DNA from: an uncultured Lachnospiraceae bacterium
Lineage (GTDB): Bacteria > Bacillota > Clostridia > Lachnospirales > Lachnospiraceae
Reading direction: 5' to 3'
Assembly: GCA_910586315.1 (NCBI GenBank)
Contig: CAJUIP010000006.1
Coordinates: 2,166-66,165 of the forward strand
DNA: 64,000 nucleotides
Shown piece by piece: positions 47,120-56,920 of this stretch. The position numbers and the translations under genes were made by a program. Under the pieces are notes generated by a model, which was not told where the DNA came from, ran no database searches, and was given only the letters and a program-made list of their open reading frames with translations. Each line of letters begins with the position of its first letter. Position 1 is the stretch's first letter.

Positions 47120-47202
47120 GCACATCGTGCATGAGTGTGCCCGCGCGAAAGAGGAAGTCCGGCGCTGAATTTTAAAAATTGAAATGCAAAGGGAGTGATG
47201 AT

Positions 47203-47598
47203 ATGTCAGATATGTATGGAAATGCGATAGGGCTTGCAGAAAAACTTCTGGACTATTTATGGGGGAGAGAGAATATAACTCTGAATAATATTGCTAATGA
47301 TGACACCCCCGGTTTTAAGGCCCAGTATGTAACGTTTGAGGAAGAATTTAAAAAAAAGCTTCTGAATGCCGGCGGTACTGACGGAAGGAAAACTCAAAGC
47401 GAGATGGCGCAGGCAATCCAGTCAAGCAAGGCCAGACTGCATACGACCTGGAATGAATCCACCCGTCTGGACGGTAACAATGTGGATATGGACCAGGAGC
47501 AGGTGGAGCTTGTACGTACGGCCTACGAATATCAGCAGGTGGTAAATTCAATTAACAGCGAAATAAGCCGCCTCCGCACCGCGGCCAAAACCTTTTAA
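47203..47598 (+). CDS. flgB: Flagellar basal-body rod protein
   Basis: NNIAN.DTPGFK and R.DGNNVD.D.E motifs. Confidence 0.93.
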   Translation: MSDMYGNAIGLAEKLLDYLWGRENITLNNIANDDTPGFKAQYVTFEEEFKKKLLNAGGTDGRKTQSEMAQAIQSSKARLHTTWNESTRLDGNNVDMDQEQVELVRTAYEYQQVVNSINSEISRLRTAAKTF

Positions 47599-47637
47599 CG
47601 GGTGATTCATAAAATTAATAAACAGGAGAGACGAATC

Positions 47638-47967
47638 ATGGAATTATCAACGCAATTATCAGCAGAATTTATTAAACCGATGGAACCATGGGATTCCGTA
47701 TCGGGAATAGGGGCCGCAACAGCAAAACCCGTTTCGGGGGAGAACAAGACTCTTTTCCGGAGCGTATTCGAAAATGCTGTGGAGCAGGTGCGTTTTACCC
47801 AGGAAGACGCGGAGAATAAAAAATATCTTCTGGCAACAGGCCAGTTGGACGATGTTCACTCCCTGCCTATTGCTGAGGCGAAAGCGACCCTTAGCGTTGA
47901 GGTGCTGGTTGCTTTGAGAAACAAGGCACTGGAGTCTTATAATGAAATCATGAAAATGAATGTATAG
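47638..47967 (+). CDS. fliE: Flagellar hook-basal body protein
   Basis: ATG..DDVH...IA..KA.L......RNKALE.Y.EIM.M. Confidence 0.92.
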   Translation: MELSTQLSAEFIKPMEPWDSVSGIGAATAKPVSGENKTLFRSVFENAVEQVRFTQEDAENKKYLLATGQLDDVHSLPIAEAKATLSVEVLVALRNKALESYNEIMKMNV

Positions 47968-47999
47968 TTCAACAATAATGGCAGAAGGCTGGATGGGAA

Positions 48000-49718
48000 A
48001 TGCATACTCTAAAGGAATACTGGCAGAAACTGTCGGATAAATCAAAGAAAATACTGGTGACAATCACTGGGGTAACGGCGGTGATTGTTGTTTTGGCGGT
48101 TATAGCCCTTAAAGTTGGCTTTCAGCCGGAATACAGCACTCTTTTTACCGGACTGAATCAGGAGGAAGCCCGGGAGGTCGTGTCGCTTCTTCAGGAAGAG
48201 AATATTGATTACAGGTTTAACGATAAGGAAGGCGCCATTCAGGTCACCAAGGAAAATGTGGACCAGACAAGAGCGAGACTTTTAAGCCAGGGGTATCCGA
48301 AAAGCGGCTTTACATATGATATGTATCGTGATAATGCGGGTCTGATGACGACGGAATCAGATAAAAAGCAATATACGCTTTATGATTTGCAGGATCGTTT
48401 GGGAGCGCAGATCCGCTTATTTGAGGGTGTGAGAGACGCAAAGGTGACGATTGCAGAAGCGGGGGAACAAAAATACGCCATTTCTGATCAGAACGCCACA
48501 GATGCGTCTGCTTCTGTTGTGGTAACCATGGAGAGTGGGAAAACCCTCACGTCAGATAAGGCGGAAGCCATAAAGAATCTGATTGCCCGTGCTGTAAGAG
48601 GAATGAATTTTACCAGCGTTTCTGTTTTTGACGCAGAATCCATGATGGAAATCGGAGGCGACAGCGCGGATGAAAGCGGCTTGGGCGGTGCGAAAGATCA
48701 GACGGCTCTTACGAGCCTGATTGAAAGCAATATCGGGGCTAATGTGCGGCGCGTACTGGAAAAGCTTTACGGTCAGGGGAATGTGGCAGTTTCTGTTAAA
48801 GGAACCCTGAATATGGAAAAACTGATTCAGGAAAACACTCTGTACTCAACGCCGGACAAAATTAATGAACAGGATAAAACCGGACTGCTGCATACAGAGG
48901 AAGTTATAAATGAAGATTCTCTGGCGGCGGATATGTCCGCCGGCGGCGTGGCCGGCGCGGATGCCAATGCGGATACGCCCAGATATACCAACAATGATAA
49001 CACTGCCGCCGTTACGGACAGGGATACCAATAGCAGCGCAGCAAGGGAATGGCTGTACAATACAATGAAGGAACAGCGCCAGATAGAGCCGGGGGTTCTG
49101 GAAAATATCACTGTCGGAATTGTAATTAATACCAGTGATTTGTCCGTAAGCGAAAGTGATCTTGTAAAGCTGGTCGCTAATTCCGCCGGAATTCCCCTGA
49201 GCGAGGCGGACCAGAATATTGCGATCGTGCGTGCGGAAGGTCCCGGAACGGCTCAGCCTTCGGAACAGCCTGCTCAGCCAGTAAGCACACAGCCGGAACA
49301 GGTTTTACCGCTGCCGCTGCCGGTGATTATTGCGATTATTTCTGGTATCGTCCTTCTTTTGCTTCTGATTCTTTTGCTCATACTCCGCAGCGGAAGAAAG
49401 AAAAATAAGGATGCAGATGCGGATCTGGACGGAATGTTCGATCTCGCGGAAAATGCGGAGAACGAGTCTGCAGCCGGTGAACCGCAGGGAGCTGCGGATG
49501 GGGCGTCGGCAGGCGTGGCTGCACAGGACGAGGAGATGCGAAGAAACGAAGAGATTATCAATCTTCGGATGCAGCATAGCATGAAGCTGAAACAGAACAT
49601 CGGCGATTTTGTGGATCAAAACCCGCAGATTGCCGCAAAACTAGTGCAAGGTTGGCTGAGAGGGGAGGTCGAGGACGTTGGCAGAAAAGGCAGCGACGCA
49701 GCAAGAAAAGAAAAATGA
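48000..49718 (+). CDS. fliF: Flagellar MS-ring protein
   Basis: N-terminal TM, Y..LF.GL...EA..V...L, ASASV, second TM and C-terminal NP..AA.L...WL. Confidence 0.93.
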   Translation: MHTLKEYWQKLSDKSKKILVTITGVTAVIVVLAVIALKVGFQPEYSTLFTGLNQEEAREVVSLLQEENIDYRFNDKEGAIQVTKENVDQTRARLLSQGYPKSGFTYDMYRDNAGLMTTESDKKQYTLYDLQDRLGAQIRLFEGVRDAKVTIAEAGEQKYAISDQNATDASASVVVTMESGKTLTSDKAEAIKNLIARAVRGMNFTSVSVFDAESMMEIGGDSADESGLGGAKDQTALTSLIESNIGANVRRVLEKLYGQGNVAVSVKGTLNMEKLIQENTLYSTPDKINEQDKTGLLHTEEVINEDSLAADMSAGGVAGADANADTPRYTNNDNTAAVTDRDTNSSAAREWLYNTMKEQRQIEPGVLENITVGIVINTSDLSVSESDLVKLVANSAGIPLSEADQNIAIVRAEGPGTAQPSEQPAQPVSTQPEQVLPLPLPVIIAIISGIVLLLLLILLLILRSGRKKNKDADADLDGMFDLAENAENESAAGEPQGAADGASAGVAAQDEEMRRNEEIINLRMQHSMKLKQNIGDFVDQNPQIAAKLVQGWLRGEVEDVGRKGSDAARKEK

Positions 49719-50733
49719 TGCGGATATCATTACGGATCCCAGGCAAAAGGCCGCAATTGTGGTTGTGTCCCTGGGGGCGGACAGAGCCTCGCAGATCTAT
49801 AAATATCTCAGTGAACAGGATATTGAGGATTTAACTTATGAAGTGGCGAAGATGGGGAAGACCACGAATGGCCAGGTGGAGTCTTCCCTGGATGAGTTCT
49901 ATAAATTGTGTCTGACCCATAAAATGATGTCGGACGGCGGGTTGGATTATGCCAGAAATGTCCTTGAAAAGGCGTTTGGAGAAACAGCGGCCAGAAGTCT
50001 TCTGGAGAAGGTTTCCAGAACACTGCAGTCCAAACCGTTTAACTTCTTTATGAAAGGCGATCCGAAGGCACTGCTGTCTATGCTGCAGCATGAGCGTCCT
50101 CAGGTAATCGCCCTTATCATGGCTTATATGGATCCGAAACAGGCCGCTCTTGTATTGGAACAACTTCCGGATAAAAAGCGTATACTGATTTTGGAGAAGA
50201 TGGCGAATATGGACAGAGTGTCTCCGGAAGCCATTGAGATCGTTGAAGAGGAGATGAAACGTAAGTTTGCGACGATCATCACCAGTGAGGACAATATGAA
50301 TCTTGGCGGAATTGACTTTGTTGCTGATGTTATGAACAATGTGGACAGAAGCAGCGAAAGACGTATCTTTGAAGAGATGGATAAACATAATCCTGATCTG
50401 GCGCAGGATATCAGAGCGAAGATGTTTGTATTTGAAAACATTCTGGATATGGACGACCGGTCCATTCAGCGCTTTGTTCGTGACTGTGATACAAAGGATA
50501 TTGTTTATGCCCTTAAGAGCGCTTCCGACGAGATGAAGCAGGTATTCTTTGCCAATATGTCTAAACGTATGGTTGAGACGGTAAAGGGTGATCTGGAAAT
50601 TACCACCAATGTAAGGCTTAAGGATGTTGAGGAGGCACAGCAGCGCATTGTCAATATTATCCGAAGCCTGGAAGACGCAGGAGAGGTTATCATTAAGAAG
50701 GGAGGCGATGATGATGACAACATCATCGTTTAA
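49678..50733 (+). CDS. fliG: Flagellar motor switch protein
   Basis: QKAAI, GGLDYA, E.PQ.IA, GG...VA, MFVFE, NMS.R and VE.AQ motifs. Confidence 0.96.
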   Translation: MAEKAATQQEKKNDADIITDPRQKAAIVVVSLGADRASQIYKYLSEQDIEDLTYEVAKMGKTTNGQVESSLDEFYKLCLTHKMMSDGGLDYARNVLEKAFGETAARSLLEKVSRTLQSKPFNFFMKGDPKALLSMLQHERPQVIALIMAYMDPKQAALVLEQLPDKKRILILEKMANMDRVSPEAIEIVEEEMKRKFATIITSEDNMNLGGIDFVADVMNNVDRSSERRIFEEMDKHNPDLAQDIRAKMFVFENILDMDDRSIQRFVRDCDTKDIVYALKSASDEMKQVFFANMSKRMVETVKGDLEITTNVRLKDVEEAQQRIVNIIRSLEDAGEVIIKKGGDDDDNIIV

Positions 50734-51541
50734 AGGCATTGTAAAGCCGGGAGAGGCGAAAGTGGAAGCCTTTTCCTTTCCCGTCCAGTGGCCTTCTCCT
50801 GTAAGAAAGGTAAAGAGAGATGAGTCTGAGGCGGAAGAAGCGCCTCCTCCGGGCTCGGAGCCGCGGAAAACGGCGGCTTATGCGGTGTTTCGTGAATCTG
50901 AGGAGACTTTAGAAGAAGCGAAGGCAAAAGCCCGGAAAATTCTTGAGGATGCGGCTGCACAGGCGGAAGAGATTACCGCAAAAGCAAGGGAAGCCGCTGA
51001 GCAGATAAAAAAGGAGTCTGCCTCCCGGGGATGGGACGACGGATACCGGAAGGGATATGAAGAGGGACGGCAGGAGAGCACGAAAAAGGCGGCGGAATTA
51101 CTGAGCCAACAGAAGGAAACGTTTCGCGGCAGCCTGGAAAAAGCGCTCCACTCCATTGATGAAGCCAAGGAAAGAAGCCTGGAAAAGTATCTTGATGAAT
51201 TAAAAGAATGCGCTCTCGCCGTAGCAGAAAAGGTAATCTGCGTCAGTCTGAAATCCAGTGGCCAGATCATTAAGAGAATGCTCATTGCAGAGACGGAAAA
51301 ACTGAAACGGACCGAATGGGTAAAGATCTACATGGAAAAAACCAATTATAATATGATGATGGAAGCGGATGCCGGCGTTGTAAACGAGCTTGCCAGATTG
51401 TCGGACAATATTAAATTTGTAGTTATGAACAAAGAAGGAAGCGGGAGCTGCATCATCGAAATGCCGGAGGAAATCGTAGATATCAGCGTGGACACGCAAA
51501 TGGATAATATAAGGGAACTGCTGGAAAACATTAAAATTTAG
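50711..51541 (+). CDS. fliH: Flagellar export protein FliH
   Basis: AxxxG(xxxG)n repeat (RGWDDGYRKGYEEG); between fliG and fliI; start is one of three adjacent ATGs. Confidence 0.88.
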   Translation: MMTTSSFKGIVKPGEAKVEAFSFPVQWPSPVRKVKRDESEAEEAPPPGSEPRKTAAYAVFRESEETLEEAKAKARKILEDAAAQAEEITAKAREAAEQIKKESASRGWDDGYRKGYEEGRQESTKKAAELLSQQKETFRGSLEKALHSIDEAKERSLEKYLDELKECALAVAEKVICVSLKSSGQIIKRMLIAETEKLKRTEWVKIYMEKTNYNMMMEADAGVVNELARLSDNIKFVVMNKEGSGSCIIEMPEEIVDISVDTQMDNIRELLENIKI

Positions 51542-51549
51542 GAGCGCTT

Positions 51550-52851
51550 ATGTTTGAAAAAATCCCTCAGATGGTGGCCAAGGCAGAAGTTGTAAGCCAC
51601 ATTGGGAAAATTGAAAATGTGGTGGGGATGTCCATAGAAGCATCCGGCGGTCGGTCCGGAATCGGCGACATTGTAATGATTTATAATGAAGAGCAGAATT
51701 GCCAGGTGCCGGCGGAAGTTGTGGGCTTTAAGGACGGCAAAATCCAGCTTATGACTTATGAGGCGACCAGCGGGATAACTTCCGGAAGCTTTGTCCGCAA
51801 CACAAGGCGAAGGCTCAAGGTGCCGGTGGGGAATTTCCTGAGGGGCAGAATCATCAATGCCATGGGAGAACCTATGGATGGGAAAGAGGAATTTCATCCG
51901 ACCCAGTTTTATACGGTGAACAGTTCCTATACAAACCCCTTAAGCCGTCCGCCGATCCGGGAACGTCTGGAATTTGGGATCAAGGCCATCGACGGGTTGA
52001 ATACCATCGGAAAAGGCCAGAGAATAGGAATTTTCGCGGGCTCCGGTGTGGGAAAAAGCACATTGATGGGAATGATCGCCAAAAATGTTAAGGCTGATAT
52101 TAATGTAATCGCTTTGGTTGGAGAGCGAGGACGCGAGGTTCTGGAATTTGTCCAGAAAGATCTGGGTGAAGAGGGAATGAACCGTTCGGTGCTGGTAGTG
52201 GCGACATCGGACCAGCCCGCTATGCTGCGTATGAAATGTCCATTGGTTGCCACAACGATTGCAGAATATTTCAGGGATCAGGGAAATGACGTTCTTTTGA
52301 TGATGGATTCTTTGACACGTTACGCCATGGCCCAGAGGGAGGTTGGACTTGCCATTGGGGAACCGCCCATTGCGAGGGGATATACTCCTTCCATCTATGC
52401 CGAGCTTCCAAAGCTTCTGGAGCGGAGCGGGAATTTTAACCAGGGCTCCATAACAGGGGTATATACGGTGCTGGTGGAAGGCGATGATACAAACGAGCCG
52501 ATTTCCGACACAGTCCGGGGAATCTTAGACGGTCATATTGTGTTGAGCAGACAGCTTGCAAGCGAAAATCATTTTCCGGCCATTGACATTGGAGCAAGTA
52601 TTTCGAGACTGATGGTGGAGGTGGTTGAAAAGGAACACCGCTTCCTGGCCTCCCGTCTTCGGAATATGTTGAGCCTGTACCAGAAAAATGCAGACCTTAT
52701 TTCGATTGGCGCTTATAAAAGAGGCACCAATGATGCTCTGGATGAGGCAGTTTCTAAAATCAATCGAATTAATCAGTTTCTGGAGCAGGATATTGATGAG
52801 AGCTTTGAATATGATGAGACGGTGGCATTAATGAAAGAGATTATCGGCTAG
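51550..52851 (+). CDS. fliI: Flagellar export ATPase
   Basis: GQRIGIFAGSGVGKSTL, GERGREV, MDSLTR.AMAQRE and LDGHIVL motifs. Confidence 0.97.
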   Translation: MFEKIPQMVAKAEVVSHIGKIENVVGMSIEASGGRSGIGDIVMIYNEEQNCQVPAEVVGFKDGKIQLMTYEATSGITSGSFVRNTRRRLKVPVGNFLRGRIINAMGEPMDGKEEFHPTQFYTVNSSYTNPLSRPPIRERLEFGIKAIDGLNTIGKGQRIGIFAGSGVGKSTLMGMIAKNVKADINVIALVGERGREVLEFVQKDLGEEGMNRSVLVVATSDQPAMLRMKCPLVATTIAEYFRDQGNDVLLMMDSLTRYAMAQREVGLAIGEPPIARGYTPSIYAELPKLLERSGNFNQGSITGVYTVLVEGDDTNEPISDTVRGILDGHIVLSRQLASENHFPAIDIGASISRLMVEVVEKEHRFLASRLRNMLSLYQKNADLISIGAYKRGTNDALDEAVSKINRINQFLEQDIDESFEYDETVALMKEIIG

Positions 52852-52862
52852 GAGATAAGAAC

Positions 52863-53321
52863 ATGAAAAAGTTCCGGTTTGGTCTGGAAACAGTCCTTGA
52901 TTATAAAATGCAGACATTGGAAAATCTGAAAACAGAGCAGGCGGCCATCAACAGGAAAGTCGTCCGCCAGGAGAATGAGGTGGTCCGCGCCCATAACAGT
53001 CTGAACGGCTACCAGGATGCCTTTAACGAAGCAAAGGGATCAGGGGCGTTAATCCAGAATTACCGTTTGTATGACATGTGCATTGAACGGATGGGCCAGA
53101 TTCTGGAAGAAGAAAAACAGCGGCTCGAGGAGCTTAAGGAAAGGGAAGAAAAAAAGACCAGAGAGGTTGTGGAAGCTAAGATAGATACATCCAAATTCGA
53201 GAAACTGAAAGACAGACGCCTCGTTGCCTATAATAAAGAGGTGATGCGGGCGGAAGAAAGGTTTTCTGAAGAGTTTGTAATCCGAAGTGTGGTGCAAAAC
53301 CGTAGCCAGCACAGGGGATAA
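52863..53321 (+). CDS. fliJ: Flagellar export chaperone
   Basis: MKKF.F.LE.VL.YK N-terminus, coiled coil, EKLK; position after fliI. Confidence 0.9.
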   Translation: MKKFRFGLETVLDYKMQTLENLKTEQAAINRKVVRQENEVVRAHNSLNGYQDAFNEAKGSGALIQNYRLYDMCIERMGQILEEEKQRLEELKEREEKKTREVVEAKIDTSKFEKLKDRRLVAYNKEVMRAEERFSEEFVIRSVVQNRSQHRG

Positions 53322-53412
53322 TTCAGGTAATTACAGCAATTGCTGTTAATTATAAAAATGTAACAGTTCGGCAGGACTGCTGAACTGCTGCAAAAATAAA
53401 GAAAAGGAGGAA

Positions 53413-54693
53413 ATGTTTATGACCAATGTTGAGATGGTGCGGATGTCAGCACAGGATAAAAAGCTGTCCAATCCATCAAAAACGTCTGGAAAAAAGGCGG
53501 CGGATTTTTCCCAGCTGATCAGCGAAAAGGCGGCTGATGCGAAAGACACTGGAACTTCGCAGCCGAATGGAAAAGTTCAGGAAAAGGAAAATTGCGGGAA
53601 AACGGAGCCTGAGGATAAGACTGATGCGGATGCCGATAATTTACAGACCATGCAGCAGTATCAGGATTTTGCAGCAAGACTTGAGTGGGAAATAAGCCAG
53701 CCTGTTCTGGTATATGAAGAGCCGTCTTCAGGACAGGAAATTCAGGCACTGGATTTGAACCCTGAGGAGGTGCTGCAAAGCAAAGCAGCGGAAAGCGAAG
53801 GTGTGGTCAGGGTACCTGCGGAAAGTCAGCTGGTTCTGGAGGAGCTTCCCGAAACGGAGAAAACGCCCAGGACGGTGTTGGAAACAAAGGGAGAGGAGAC
53901 TGCGGCTCAGGATGTGAAATTTTCCGCTGATGAGCCCAAAACGCCCGTAAAACCCCAGGAAACGCAGGCAGAGCAGAATTCCAATATACCGCAGCCGGAA
54001 GCATCCAAAGGAAAGGCGGGAGAAACGTCTAAAGAAGCGACAGGCGAAAAGACGGGGGAAACTCCCGGAGAAAAAATGCCGGAGAGCTTTGAAATGCCCA
54101 AAAGTGGGATCTCGCCCCAGAAAACTGAAAAAACGCCGGAAACCGACCGGAAAAAGACGGATTCAGGCCGGATAGAGCAGGCGGGCCCAGGAAGCGAGGA
54201 GGAGACGCCAAAGCAGGTACAGCTTGCACCCTCAGCGGAAAGCGGCATACGGACAGAGAACCGTATACTTCAGACAGCCAGGCCCACAGAGACAGTCAGG
54301 ACCACCAGGCAGGAGCTTTCCACAGATGTTGGTAAAACCATTGCAAGCCGGATGCCCTTAAAGAACGGGGAGATGGTGATTGAGCTGGAACCGGCGAATC
54401 TTGGAAAAATTATTGTCCGCGCCACCTATGATGCGGGCAGGGCGACTGTGGCGCTTATGTCTGCCAACGTTAAGACTCTCGAGATTCTAAGTCGGGATGC
54501 CGGAACCATTGCCGGGATGATTGAGGAGAAGACCGGACAGGAGACAGTCGTTTTTGTACCGAAGCAGGAGGAATATCCTGAGGAATCGGGGAAGGAACGC
54601 GGGTCGAACGGCCGGGAACCGAAACAGCAAAATGACAGAAAAAAACAGCAGTCGGAGTCGTTTTTACAGCAGATTAGACTGGGACTGGTCTGA
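53413..54693 (+). CDS. fliK: Hook-length control protein
   Basis: Long low-complexity body and C-terminal I.LEP..LGKI domain; precedes flgD. Confidence 0.85.
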   Translation: MFMTNVEMVRMSAQDKKLSNPSKTSGKKAADFSQLISEKAADAKDTGTSQPNGKVQEKENCGKTEPEDKTDADADNLQTMQQYQDFAARLEWEISQPVLVYEEPSSGQEIQALDLNPEEVLQSKAAESEGVVRVPAESQLVLEELPETEKTPRTVLETKGEETAAQDVKFSADEPKTPVKPQETQAEQNSNIPQPEASKGKAGETSKEATGEKTGETPGEKMPESFEMPKSGISPQKTEKTPETDRKKTDSGRIEQAGPGSEEETPKQVQLAPSAESGIRTENRILQTARPTETVRTTRQELSTDVGKTIASRMPLKNGEMVIELEPANLGKIIVRATYDAGRATVALMSANVKTLEILSRDAGTIAGMIEEKTGQETVVFVPKQEEYPEESGKERGSNGREPKQQNDRKKQQSESFLQQIRLGLV

Positions 54694-54705
54694 GAAGGAG
54701 GAAAT

Positions 54706-55305
54706 ATGGCTGACAATTTAAGTGTAAGCGGTACAGAGAATCCATATGTAACCCAACATTATTCCGCTTCTGCTAACGAAAAAAACACGATGACCATTGA
54801 AAGTTATTTTAAACTTTTGGCCGCTCAGCTTCAGAATCAGGATATGACAAATCCCATGAGCAACAGCGAGATGATGGAGCAGATGACCCAGATGGCAATG
54901 GTTCAGTCCTTGAGCTCCATGACAGAAGCGGTAAATACTTCCATGAGTCTTACAACGCAGACCTATGCGGCCGGGTTAGTGGGACAGGAGATCACCGTCG
55001 CCGTGACAGAGGATAATGCTTACGGACAGCCGGTGGCGACAGGCGTGAAATACGGAGTCGTTGAATCGGTGACCTTTGTTGGGGGAGAACCCACCTTTAG
55101 AATTTCCGGCGACGACAAGGACTATTCCCTCTCCTATCTTGTGGGAATGGGAAGAGTGGACGATCCCTATAATAAAGACGATAAGGGACCGGGCGAAGAC
55201 GGGCCGGGAAATACCGGGTCCGGAGACAGCGAGGGAGAGCCAGGAGCCGTAAATACGCTCTTTGCTGACTTAAGTAAGAAAGAGGACATTCCGTTTTTAG
55301 GGTAG
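54706..55305 (+). CDS. flgD: Hook capping protein
   Basis: F.LL.AQLQNQD..NPM...E...Q..Q motif. Confidence 0.92.
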   Translation: MADNLSVSGTENPYVTQHYSASANEKNTMTIESYFKLLAAQLQNQDMTNPMSNSEMMEQMTQMAMVQSLSSMTEAVNTSMSLTTQTYAAGLVGQEITVAVTEDNAYGQPVATGVKYGVVESVTFVGGEPTFRISGDDKDYSLSYLVGMGRVDDPYNKDDKGPGEDGPGNTGSGDSEGEPGAVNTLFADLSKKEDIPFLG

Positions 55306-55316
55306 AGGAAAAAAAT

Positions 55317-55595
55317 ATGGAGATAAAAGCAGTAGAAAGCCTGAACTTCTCCAAACACGCCGCAAAGCGGATTGAAGAACGGGGAATTACAACAGATGTA
55401 CAGTTTAAGAATGTTCTGGAACACGCAGTAGCGGAGGCCCGGAAAAAAGGGGCCAAAGATTTGGCGGTGATAGGAAGCCAGGCGGTTTTTGTTGTAAATG
55501 TACCGAATAATGTAGTCGTTACGGCCATGTCCAGAGAGGACATGACAGAGAGAATTTTTACCAATATTGACAGTGCTGTTCTCATTCCAAAATAG
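55317..55595 (+). CDS. Putative flagellar operon protein (TIGR02530-like)
   Basis: FSKHA..R...RGI, A..KGAK, VV.V.N..VVTAM and IFTNIDSAV motifs; between flgD and flgE. Confidence 0.85.
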   Translation: MEIKAVESLNFSKHAAKRIEERGITTDVQFKNVLEHAVAEARKKGAKDLAVIGSQAVFVVNVPNNVVVTAMSREDMTERIFTNIDSAVLIPK

Positions 55596-55666
55596 GCAGG
55601 ACCGAAAGGGTGCCATACGAAGTGCCGGAAGTGCACATAGTAGAGACAGCGGAAAGGAAAATAAAC

Positions 55667-56605
55667 ATGTTAAGAGCAATGGATTCAGCAGTATCAGGAC
55701 TGCGGGCGCATCAGAACAAGCTGGATGTAATCGGACACAATATTGCCAACGTAAATACCTTCGGGTTCAAGTCCCAGAGTTACAGCTTCAAAGAGGCCAT
55801 GTACCAGACGGCTACCCAGTCCACAGGGGGCGTTCAGAATACAGACACTACAGCGGCAGGAAGCAATGCGGCTCAGTATGGATACGGAACCTTGATGGGT
55901 TCCATTACCACGGATATGGGTTCCAGTACGCCTACGTATGTCGGGGGACTGAATGCCTGCATTAACGGTCAGGGATTTTTTATTACACATGCTATATCGA
56001 ATAAAGAAGATTTGGATATAAGTGATGAAACCAAGGCAGAGGAGATTTTAAAGGGAGAGGAGTTTGCCTACACCCGTGTAGGTCAATTCCAGCTTGACAG
56101 TCAGGGATATCTCACAGATGGAACAAATTTCATTTATGGTTTCCGTCCGACTGATACAGGGTTTAATACGGAAGAATTATGTGCCCTCAGGGTTCCGTCT
56201 GATTTGAATAACGGATTTGGCGATAAGGCATTACAGGCCAAAAGCGTCAAAATTAATGAGTTGGGCGAAGTTACGGCTACAGTAGAGAACCCCCAAACTA
56301 AAGAGGCTACCCAGGTATCTCTTGGTAAGATTGCTATTGTAACCTTTCAGAACCAGGAAGGCCTTGCGAAGAGCGGCGGAACCTATTATTCTGCAAGTGT
56401 CGGCGACAATACGGGCAACTGTGCTGCGACTATCGCAGGCGGATCCAACGCAAAACTGATGACGGGCTATCTGGAGGCGTCTAATGTAGATCTGGCAAAA
56501 GAGTTTTCAGAGCTGATCACAACCCAGAGAGGTTTCCAGGCCAATACGAAGATCATTACAGTCAGCGATGAGATCCTTTCTGATCTGATCAGTATGAAAC
56601 GATAA
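55667..56605 (+). CDS. flgE: Flagellar hook protein
   Basis: SAVSGL..HQ..LDVIG.NIANVNT.GFK, YTR.G.F and LE.SNVDLA.EF..LI.TQR.FQAN motifs. Confidence 0.93.
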   Translation: MLRAMDSAVSGLRAHQNKLDVIGHNIANVNTFGFKSQSYSFKEAMYQTATQSTGGVQNTDTTAAGSNAAQYGYGTLMGSITTDMGSSTPTYVGGLNACINGQGFFITHAISNKEDLDISDETKAEEILKGEEFAYTRVGQFQLDSQGYLTDGTNFIYGFRPTDTGFNTEELCALRVPSDLNNGFGDKALQAKSVKINELGEVTATVENPQTKEATQVSLGKIAIVTFQNQEGLAKSGGTYYSASVGDNTGNCAATIAGGSNAKLMTGYLEASNVDLAKEFSELITTQRGFQANTKIITVSDEILSDLISMKR

Positions 56606-56707
56606 TTGTAACTGGCAGAAAGCTGAACAGCTATAGATAATTAAAGTGTCTTTCCCGGGGCTCCTTCAGGTTCCTTCCGGGAAAGGCAGAGGCGAAAAGA
56701 AAATGAT

Positions 56708-56899
56708 ATGATTACAGTAATCCGTTTGAATGGTGAAGCACTTTTACTTAATTTCTTCCAGATTGAATCCGTGGAAATGATACCTGAAACAAAGATCAGG
56801 ATGATGAATGGGACGTATTTTCTTGTGAAAGACAGTGCAGAATCCATTACCAGGCAGATAAAAGAATTTTTGAGGGATTGCCGCCCTCAGCTTTTATAG
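56708..56899 (+). CDS. flbD: FlbD/SwrD family flagellar protein
   Basis: MI.V.RLNG....LN...IE.VE..P.T.I....G....V motif. Confidence 0.88.
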   Translation: MITVIRLNGEALLLNFFQIESVEMIPETKIRMMNGTYFLVKDSAESITRQIKEFLRDCRPQLL

Positions 56900-56920
56900 T
56901 AATACAGGAGGCATTTTCAT

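Noticed and set aside
47148..47166. RNase P RNA (GAGGAAGTCCGG resembles the conserved GAGGAAAGUCC)
   Set aside because: One base short of the motif, and flgB starts about 40 bp later, leaving no room for the rest of the RNA.
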